This document shows, one piece after another, positions 53,848 to 64,000 of a stretch of DNA of 64,000 nt. The stretch's first letter is position 1, and the number at the start of each line of letters is the position of its first letter. The translations under genes were made by a program, and so were the position numbers. Under the pieces are notes generated by a model, which worked only from the letters and a program-made list of their open reading frames with translations, did not search any database and was not told the DNA's origin. The DNA is from the human T2T-CHM13v2.0 reference genome, Homo sapiens. The stretch is from positions 16,832,001-16,896,000 of the forward strand of contig CP068257.2 in NCBI GenBank assembly GCA_009914755.4. The letters are read 5' to 3'.

Positions 53848-55089
53848 GTGTCCAGAACTCTCTTTTAATGAGAAAAAAAAATGACTAGAAAATTACATGG
53901 AAATCTGCTTCTCCTAATCTCGCAATTGCTTAACCATAGCAATCCTTCCTGCTTTTTCTGGCAATAAACTTTTTATTTGACAATTGTTTAGATGTATAGA
54001 GAAGTTGTGAAGATATTTTAATTATTTGATGTATCTCACATCTAGATTTCCTTACTGTTTATCTGTTAAATTACTGCAGTATATTTATCAGGATTAATGA
54101 ACAATTATAGATACATTATTAATAATTAAAGCCCAGATTTATTCAGATTTCTTTAGTTTTCACTAAATGTTCTTTTTGTTTTTTAATGCAGTCATTGTGT
54201 CTACTTAAGTTCCACGTGGCTCTGATAGTTTCTCGGACTTTCCCTTCTTTGGGTAAACTTGATAGCTTTGAGGAATCAAATGTTTTTAGAATGTCCCTCA
54301 ATTAGCACTTGTCTGATTTTTCCCTCATGATTAGATTAGGGATTTTAAGAGAAAGAACACAGAGGTAAGGTCCCATTGTCATCACATTATATCAAGGTTA
54401 AACACTGTATAACATAACGTTTGATGTTAAAGTTGATCATCCAGCAGAGGTAACATTTGTTAGTTTTCTCCACTGTAAATTGACGTTTTCCCTCCTATTT
54501 TTCACACTGCATTCTTCGGAAAGAAGTCACTATGTGCAATCCATATTTAAGGAGTGGGGTTATGCTTCATCTCCTCAAGGATAGAGTATCTACATAAATT
54601 ATTTGGGATACTGCAGAGATTTGTCTATTTTCCTCCAATCATTTGCTTATTTAATCATTCATATAATTATGGATTCATTAATATTTACTTTAAACTTTGG
54701 GTTATAATCCAACACTACTTTATTTATTTTATTGTATAAATTGTTCTACCTTTGGCCAGCGGCAGCTGGTTCAGTTGACTCCTGTTTCTCATTGCCATTT
54801 CCCTGGCCCGCTGTTTTCTTTTTTAATTTCTAGTCTACCTGGAATTGTAATCATTGCCTTAGAGTGATGATTCTCAAATGTGGTCCCCTGACATTTGACA
54901 TCTGAGGACTTGTTAGACATACAGGCCTCATCCCAAATCATCCTGCTGAATCAGAATCTCTGGGTATGGTACCTAGAAATCTGTCCTTTAATAAACCCTG
55001 ACAGTGATCCTTATGCAAGGAAAAGTTCCAAGACCAGTGCCCTAAAGCATCATGAGAAGAAAAGAAGAAAATTTTTAAAAGCGTAAAAA

Positions 55090-55700
55090 TTGGACACATA
55101 ATAATTGTACGTATTCATGGGGTACATAGTGATTTTTTTTTTTTTTTTGAGGCAGAGTCTCGCTTAGTCACCCAGGCTGAAGTGCAGTGGTGAGATCTCA
55201 GCTCACTGCAGCCACCGTCTCCCAGGTTCAGCAATTCTCCCATCTCAGCCTCCCGAGTAGCTGGGATTACAGGCACCTGCCATCATGCATGGCTAATTTT
55301 TGTATTTTTAGTAGAGACGGGTTTCACCATGTTGGCCAGGCTGGTCTTGAACTCCTGACCTCAGGAGATCCGCCCGCCTCGGCCTCCCAAAGAGCTAGGA
55401 TTACAGGTGTGAGCCACTGTACCTGGCCTACATAGTGATATTTTGATATATACAATGTATAGTGATCAAATCAGGGTTATTAACATATCCATCACCTCAA
55501 ATGTTTATCATTTTTTTGTGTGTTGGGAACATTCAAAATCCTCTCGTAGCTATTTAAAAATATAAATTATATTGTTGTCTATAGTCACCCTACAGTGCTA
55601 GAAAATACTAGAACTTATTTCTCCTATCTAGCTGTAACTTTGTAACCTTTAACCAACCTCTCCCTATTCCTCTGCCCCTCCTCCCCTTTCCAGCCTTTAA
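55090..55700 (-). mobile_element. Older LINE-1 3' end, minus orientation, interrupted by the Alu at 55134-55428
   Basis: The reverse complement of 'atatatacaatgtatagtgatcaaatcagggttattaacatatccatcacctcaaatgtttatcatttttttgtgtgttgggaacattcaaaatcctctc...ctacagtgctagaaaatactagaac' matches the L1 3'UTR ('gatggatat…accctgatttgatcattacacattgtata…'). Confidence 0.7.
55134..55428 (-). mobile_element. Alu SINE (AluS/Y-like), minus orientation, nested in L1, flanked by the TSD 'acatagtgat'
   Basis: Poly-T then 'gaggcagagtctcgcttagtcacccaggctgaagtgcagtggtg...ggtgtgagccactgtacctggcc'. 'acatagtgat' is at 55124-55133 and again at 55430-55439. Confidence 0.9.
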
Positions 55701-56169
55701 CTCATTCCACAGCAAATAATTGAAAAATAAAGTAAATAATTCACTCATATGCACTCAGCAAATACATTATATTCTGGATTTAATGTGCTGATTTCTAGTC
55801 TGAAGCCATTTATATGATCAATAATCTTTTTTCTTTTCTTTGAAGGACTTTCTTCAGTTTTAAATTAATTATCTGGTTACTTTTTTAGAAGTGGCATTTT
55901 AAATCCATTTATGTTTATTCAAAATTCTCTTAACTTTGAACATCATTCTAAAATCTCTAACAATTCTAAATTCTCTCAATCTTGGATATTCAAAATTCAA
56001 ACATTCAAACATTTTTTTATCATGGGTTGTATTTCAATTTCATATAATTATTTGTGAGAACGAAGTCAGTAAAATATATCTGAGACCCCATTGAATAAAC
56101 CAAGTGATCAGACAGCTTCTCTGAAAATGAATATTAAACTACTATCTTTGTTAACCTTGAACTTACTGG

Positions 56170-56174
<5 letters not shown>

Positions 56175-56203
<29 letters not shown>

Positions 56204-56212
56204 ATATATATG
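56175..56212. repeat. (GT)n microsatellite
   Basis: 'gtgtgtgtgtgtgtgtgtgtgtgtgtgtg' read directly. Confidence 0.9.
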
Positions 56213-58679
56213 TGTGTGTGTCGTTGGTCCCTCACCAAAGCAAATTAATATCACAAGAAAAATGTGGAGTTGCATTCAGTTTTGGAATAGTGTTGAAAAG
56301 AATATCAACTTATAGGAAAACTTTTCTATTCTGAGTCAGATGAAACTCATGGTCTTGTATATTCTAAGATTCTTTAAAATACTCATTTCAGTTACGTATA
56401 ATATTTGATTTGGAATCACTATATATTTTCAATTTAAGAGATATTTTTAGTGGTTTCTTCATAAACTTTTTCAGTTTTTAAAATATTAATATATAGATAT
56501 GACAGAAATAATTTACAATGACATTTACTTTAAACTGAAAATATTTCTCCCATCTCTAAAAAAAGCTTCAAATATGTGTCACCTGCTCCATCTGCAAAGG
56601 CCATTGCTAACTTACCACAGTACCAAGATACAATTTACAAAATTATATAAGTACACACACACAGACACACACAAAACTGTAATTTTCCAAAACACTGAAC
56701 CTGTCCTTTAGCCTGTCATTTTTATACTACTATTTTCATATTTCATATGCTAGTTGTAAAGTACAACGTAATGGCTTCATGAGGGATTTATATTTCTACG
56801 AAGGACAAAATTGGTGGCATTAGGTTAAGTCTTTTCTGTTACCAATATGTGCTTTGACTAGTTTTTTATGTACACATGTTTAAACAAGTGGAATAATACA
56901 CACTTCAAAAATGCATCTTTGAGTTGAGCTTCATTCTACAAAATCTGTAAGCCTTATGTCATGAAGAAGAGGATCCTAGCATTTATTAGGTCTGTTTCCT
57001 ATTGTGTGAATCACACCTCCCAACCTCAAAGTATTCCATATGAAAACACAGCTGTCACTGCCAAGGACTTCAGTGCTTCCAGTTTTAGGCTGGATAATGT
57101 CTGTCTGCCAAAGCAATACATCAGTCATTACACAAGATGACTCACACCATCCGTGTCTTGGCAAGAATATACATATTGCTAACAATTGCATTTATCTGGA
57201 AAGCTTTAAGCATTAATGCATCCTTATTTTTATTTTAACCCCAAATTCTCAACCATAGGAATATTGTCAACTTTTCTCACAGCTTTACAATAAATCCTGG
57301 GTAGCTTTTTTAAAAACTACAACCAGAGGATAAATGTTATTCTTTAATAATGTTTGTATGATTTGTCCCTCAATATCTAAAATCTAACATTACTGCCAAA
57401 GTGTAATTCTCATCATAGTGTGTCTGTAGTTGCATCTCCTTTCGTGTCTATTTGTGGTTCAAAACATGTAGAATCCATTATTAGAGTACACATTTTAATT
57501 TTAAAAACATGAACAAAAAAAAAGCTTGCATGTAAATAATAAATCTGACACACCATGGTAGGCATTATTTTAAAACTAATAAATTTACAACTTACAAAAT
57601 TACATAACAATATATATACTGAGCATAATAGATATATTGTGTACTACATTTCAAATATTATATCATTTAAAAGATATATAACATATAAATGATCCCTGCA
57701 GTAGTTTAAAATAATACTTAGTTTAAAATGGCAATGAATGATTTCAGAACATAAATTATTCATCAAAGGACATTTAATAGTTTAGTTCATCTGGTATAAA
57801 ATTGACAAGGTAGTCATTAATGAGCTCAAATTATTCAGTAAATGTTAATACCCAGAACCAAATAATGGCATTTATTTCTTAGGAATTACTGCCTAATCTA
57901 CTGGATAATATTTTTAAAGGTGAACTATGTCCTGCTCTTTTCCATGCACACACACTCACACATGCACACATACACAAACACATATGGCTTGAAATTGCTA
58001 GAAAAATATGAGCTTAATTATATGTTTTAAATTTTTAAATATGTATTAAATTATTTAGAATAATCACTGTGAGAGGACATGTATGTTGAAGTCTCAAACC
58101 AATAAACTCTACCAGTAAAATCTGTAATGAGGACATAAACTGTTAATTTTTGGGGAAAGAATAAAAAATAAAATAGGAATAAGAAAAAACATTGAAGATT
58201 GCCATATACATGAATGTACTAAGAGCACTAACAAACATTAAAGGCTCTCTGTTTAGTGGCCAAGAGATACTGGTTTTATAGAAAGGACAAAACAATACAG
58301 AATGGTCAGATATATGCCGATATATGTGGTTCAAATATAAAAACTATTTACTAGTTTTCAAATTTTACAAGTAAGTTATACGTTAGAAAAATGATAATTT
58401 TATAACAGAAGGGAAGTGATTATCTCCAGGAAAAACCTGAAGATATAATTTAAAATGTTTTAGAGTGGAAGTGGTGAGAGAAAGTGGTTACATACTCTTC
58501 TTTCAAAATGAAAAAAGTTAAGAATGTATTGAGAGTTGATGGAACAAAAATAGAGGATGCACATATAACATATCAATGCTATCTCAATAAAAATAACAAT
58601 GTAAGAATTAATATTACATGGAAAGTAAGGATTTTAAAAGTGAGCCAATTCCCATTTTGCTAGGAGGTCACAGCATATT

Positions 58680-59780
<1,101 letters not shown>

Positions 59781-60764
59781 GTGCTGAACAACAAAAACAA
59801 AAAGAATGTATGTAACCACCAGAAGAAACAGAAAATAAACTATGATAATAGTTGCCCCCTAAGTGTAGGCCTAATGGTTAGAGCATGGGGCCAACCACAG
59901 ATACTTTTCATCATGAGCTATTTTGAACTTCTCAATTCTTTCATCCATGGGCATGAATAATTGTCTTCACATTTTTAAATGAAACCAAAAATCATTGCAA
60001 AACAAAAATAACATGGTACACATATAATTATTCATAATGGCTGAAACATTGAGAAAAATTAACAACAAAAAAATTAAACTAAAAATAATTAGCAGGGGAG
60101 ATGGCATTAAAGACAAAGTAATGGATAATAATTAAAAGCTTGGGCTTTGGACTCAATCTTACCTACCTTCAAGTAATTATTTTCTATCAGCTATTGAGAA
60201 ATAAAAATGAAATCCTAAGCCCTGCAAAGACACAGACTCTCTCTTTGCCAAGGAAACCCCAGAGACACCTTCAAAACTGAGTTGTTGGCCATGACAGGAT
60301 GGGGGATGTCCGACACAGCTGATTTTAGCTCCTCCCTCGCTACCCACTATTGGCTTTCTTCCCTAAAGGCTAAAAAGAAACCAGCGCTTTGCAGAGACTG
60401 GCTCCACTTCTGATATCAACCAAACACCTGATGGTACCCCTTCTTTTTGTGGTTATAATAAAACAACCAACCAGCCTTCCTTCCTTATAAGACAGCACTG
60501 ACCATGAAGGATGCATGGCAAGAGTGTTTGGGTCCTCTTCTTAAACTTTTGATAACAGTGGGTCAAAGACTCCACCCTTGGATAATGCTAACACTGCCAG
60601 TTTTTGAACTTGGGATCCGTGGAGAGAGGCATGAAACTCAACTGCGCATGCACGTTTCTCCTTTCATAAATATTCATAACTCCTCCTATAGCTTAATGAG
60701 TATGTATATTTGGTCACCCCATTCAGCATAAATTCTTGTCTTATTCTTTTCACACTTGAAGTGA

Positions 60765-61025
60765 CTGTGTTCAGATTCCGGCTGGCCCTGTGCTTCCCAG
60801 CCTGTTTGCCACCCTGCAGGCTGCAAACCCTTGATGGGAAATAAAGCTTTCCTTTCCAAACGTATGAACCTCATCATTCTTTAGTTGACACTGTGTAACC
60901 TTGGGAAAGTTACTTAACCTATGGAGACGAGGGTTCTGATTTGTAAAATCGTAATAATAATACTCCATTCTCATGAAGCTGTTCATGGCACGATGGGATA
61001 ATACATACATAGGCTCTTAATAATG
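60765..61025 (+). mobile_element. MIR SINE remnant carrying an internal insertion of about 75 bp
   Basis: 'gttcagattccggctggccctg...' aligns with MIR 'gggttcgaatcccggctctgccac'. 'tgtgtaaccttgggaaagttacttaacctatgg...tgatttgtaaaatcgtaataataatac...gggataatacatacatag' aligns with MIR 'tgtgaccttgggcaagttacttaacctctctg...catctgtaaaatggggataataatagtac...ttaatacatgtaaag'. Confidence 0.6.
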
Positions 61026-62121
61026 TCGTAAACAGTACTAAAGAAACTATGAAATAGTAAGTCAAATATAGACTTAATAAGACTTATAACCAGTAATTAA
61101 AAAAATTACAACAGAAAAACATCTCTGTTTTCATTAAATAAGCAAATGCAGAAATCCCAAGAATGCACCTTTGTTAATGAGAGCTGAATGTCCTCAGTTA
61201 CAGATGTAATTTTAAAATCTGGGACAAAACTATGTACCATGTATTGTTCTTTAAATCAGATAGATAGATGAAAATAACATATTTGAAATTTATATTGCAA
61301 AAGTTAACTGAAAAAGAGATAGAAACTTGATATAATTATAGCCATAGGAAAAACCATGATCTTTAAGACTTGGCTGCAAAAAAGACACAAGAACAGATAG
61401 TTCGCCAGTCAGTTTTACCAAATTTCCAGAGAAGAGTTTATCCCTATGCTATTGAGCATGGAGAATGTTTCAAAAAGAGGCCCATTTATTTTTACAAAAG
61501 ACTCAAAAATATTTTGTATCTTTATTCACAAGTAAGAATAACAGTTCTCATATCTTTTCATTTCTTTCTTCTTTTTCTAATCTTTCACCTCTCTCCCGTC
61601 TTCATGTCCTCCTCCTTCTATTGATTCTTTTCATTTAAATATGTTTTGCAGATTTTTAGAGGATTAATAAAACTTAAAAAAAAATTAACACTGTTTTTTT
61701 AACTTGGTGAACCTTTCCATTTCTTATTTGGTGAATGGCCTGAACTTCTACTTTGATAGCATGCATACCTTTTTTTTAACTTGATGTTTAATAAAAGTTT
61801 TGTTTTTCTTTTTTCTTTAGCTATGCAGAGTATTAAGTTCAGTTCTCAAGAGAGCTGTAATCAAACACAACCTGATGTTTTACTTAATTTTTCTTTCCTC
61901 TTTTCCTGATAAAATGTTTAATTTCTATATGGTAATTATTTTTATGGTTACTATGTTCCATGTTATGTGTTATGTCTTCCCTAAGAATGTGAATAATATG
62001 TGATATATTTCCTATTACTTTACTTTTTTATATTTAAAATTTTATTATCTGAAATGTTTTACATATAAAATGAGTTAAGAAACTTTTTTTTAAATAGATA
62101 GTCATTGTCCTAATGACAATT

Positions 62122-62432
62122 TCTTTTTTTCTTTTTTTTTTTTCTTTTGAGTCAGTGTCTCGCTCTCTTGCCTACACTGGAGTGCAGCAGCGTGATTTGT
62201 CTCAGCTCACTGTAACCTCAACCTTCCAGGCTCAAGTGATCCTTCTACTTCAGCTTCTTGAGTACCTGGGACTTACAGGCATGTACCACCAAGTCCAGCT
62301 AATTTTTATTTTTATAGAAATGAGTTCTTGCCGTATTTTCCAGGCTGGTCTCGAACTCCTGGGCTCAAGCGATTCTCCCACATAAGCCTCCCAAAGTGCT
62401 AGGATTACAGGCATAAGCCAGGGTGCCTGGTC
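62122..62432 (-). mobile_element. Alu SINE (old, AluJ-like), minus orientation
   Basis: Poly-T then 'gagtcagtgtctcgctctcttgcctacactggagtgcagcagcgtgatttgtctcagctcactgtaacctcaaccttccaggctcaagtgatcc...ggtctcgaactcctgggctcaagcgattctcccacataagcctcccaaagtgctaggattacaggcataagcc'. Confidence 0.85.
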
Positions 62433-64000
62433 CCTGATGGCAATTTCTGAAGCAAATAATCCCTTTAGAATGGATTTTAAGTAAGATCCTCATGGCACTC
62501 CTGATTCCCATACATGCCTACATTAGGACCTTAGCTCTCTCATCTGGTTTCTGTTAGTGTAGTAATGTGTATTATCACAGCTTTATCTTCTGCTAAGCTT
62601 TCCCTTATTACTTTTCTTTTACAGCATTTAATTAATTTTACAGGTTTTATTCCACATAATTTTTAAATAAGTAGTCAAAGTATTTGAAAGCTCCAGTGAA
62701 TTTTTGATTAAAATATTTTAGAATTATATTATTTTGGGAAAACTTTTAAATTTATAACATACAATCATGTAACCAAAGAACATGACATATCTCTGCATTA
62801 AGGTCTTCTTTGATACTGGAGTCACTGTATTTATAGAGTTATAGGTATTGATTGTATCCTGAATGATAGATGCAACAGAGGCGTCTTTGGAGAAACAGCA
62901 AGGAGAAAAAGCAAGTGAAACACTATTAGGACATATTCATACCATACATATAATGGAAAGCACCCTAGACTGTTACATGTCATGCCATGAAATTTCCTTT
63001 TTCAAAATTCTTTCTGGATGAATAAGGCAGACTAAGGGTCAAGTTATTCTGTTAGTAGATGATGCCTTAAGTATTATATACCTTTGGTGGGAAAAGTAAT
63101 AGAGACGCTTAAAACTTGGGTCTATACTAGAGCAGTAGGTACTTCCTTACATCTACTGTACCTTAAGTCATTTTATAGTTTAATAAGCTATGAAAAATTT
63201 AGTAACAGATATTCTAGAAACACACTTATCTGTGCTTCTGCTATCATCAAATGATACTTATGCAATAGGCAACGATGATGCCTTCAAGTTATCCCTATAA
63301 ATTATATTTACATTTTGATATCATCCTAATTGGTAGGAGGTAATTCATATATCTGTGCACCATGATATAAAAATAAAATGTGGTTTTCCCTACTGAACAA
63401 AAGCAAGTTTTTCAAATGTGTTTTATAGAATTAATGCATTACAGACAGAAAGGAAAAAATGGATTGGGTAGGTCAGTTATTGTAAAACTAAAGTAGTTAA
63501 GTTTCATATTTCTTGACAAAGAAACTTTGCTGGGTGCTGGTGGAACAAGGACAGAAATAATTTAATTCAGCTGGCACATTCTGCGTCTGCAAATAAACCA
63601 AAACATACGCACAGCGCTCCACATTGTTGCCTGTCATCCTATTATATGTCTTTATCATCTCTTTCTTGAACTACAATAATCTAGCTGGGTCCTTTGCTTC
63701 CACTTGTCCCTTTATAATTCTTCAGACAGTGACCTTTTTTAAAACAAATCAGACCATGTTATTTTTTTGTTTAAAGTTTTCTATGTCCTTTCAATAAAAA
63801 CCAACCTCTGATCATGGCCCCAGTTTTCTGCACAAATGTTCTAGTCCACTTGATAATAGTCTTTCTTAACTTCTTTTATCATTCTTGGCTTAAGGATCTT
63901 TTTGTATGTTTTTTTTTATTCCAACTTGACTTTTTCCTCTAGATCTTTGTTAAGCTGATTTCTTCTAATTATTTAGATTCCTGCTTAAAATATCACCTTC

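Noticed and set aside
60200-60870. ERV LTR call based on 'tgggaaataaagctttcctttccaaac' (poly-A signal) and the upstream TATA-like and CCAAT-like motifs
   Set aside because: The AATAAA-containing stretch sits inside a MIR element. Both flanks ('gttcagattccggctggccctg' and 'tgtgtaaccttgggaaagttacttaacc') align to consecutive MIR consensus positions. So this is an insertion within the MIR, not the R/U5 region of an LTR. No TG...CA termini or TSD were found.

Overview
This window is primate (human-type) nuclear genomic DNA, not a prokaryotic or viral locus. It is AT-rich and CpG-depleted, with no CpG island and no ORF that looks like a real exon. Almost all of the ≥60-aa ORFs in the six-frame track fall inside LINE-1, MaLR or Alu sequence or in AT-rich low-complexity DNA, so I do not call any host protein-coding gene. 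What I can support directly is a dense mosaic of transposable-element remnants:
- at least eight Alu copies (1939-2231, 2967-3240, 21898-22195, 40196-40530, 46457-46750, 55134-55428, 58812-59108, 62122-62432), several with clear target-site duplications (TSDs);
- five LINE-1 segments (7177-7826, 21601-21755, 30054-32345, 32985-35045, 58680-59780) plus a probable sixth at 55090-55700, with L1 ORF2 reverse-transcriptase pseudo-ORFs;
- three THE1/MST-type MaLR LTRs, one of them with internal MaLR sequence attached;
- one further MaLR LTR carrying a half MADE1 (Hsmar1 MITE);
- three palindromic MITE-like DNA transposons, one of them mariner-like with intact TA TSDs;
- a MIR element and a possible L2 tail;
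- numerous microsatellites and small tandem duplications.
I found no defence system, operon or CRISPR-like array. The notable features are structural:
- an inverted ~105-bp duplication that interrupts a MaLR internal region;
- an exact 30-bp direct repeat 1.57 kb apart that sits in a CpG-retaining block;
- a 20-bp templated insertion flanked by an 8-bp duplication;
- a few short CpG-retaining unique blocks that could be conserved noncoding or non-coding-exon sequence.
Repeat family names are from memory of consensus sequences and are hedged where I am unsure.
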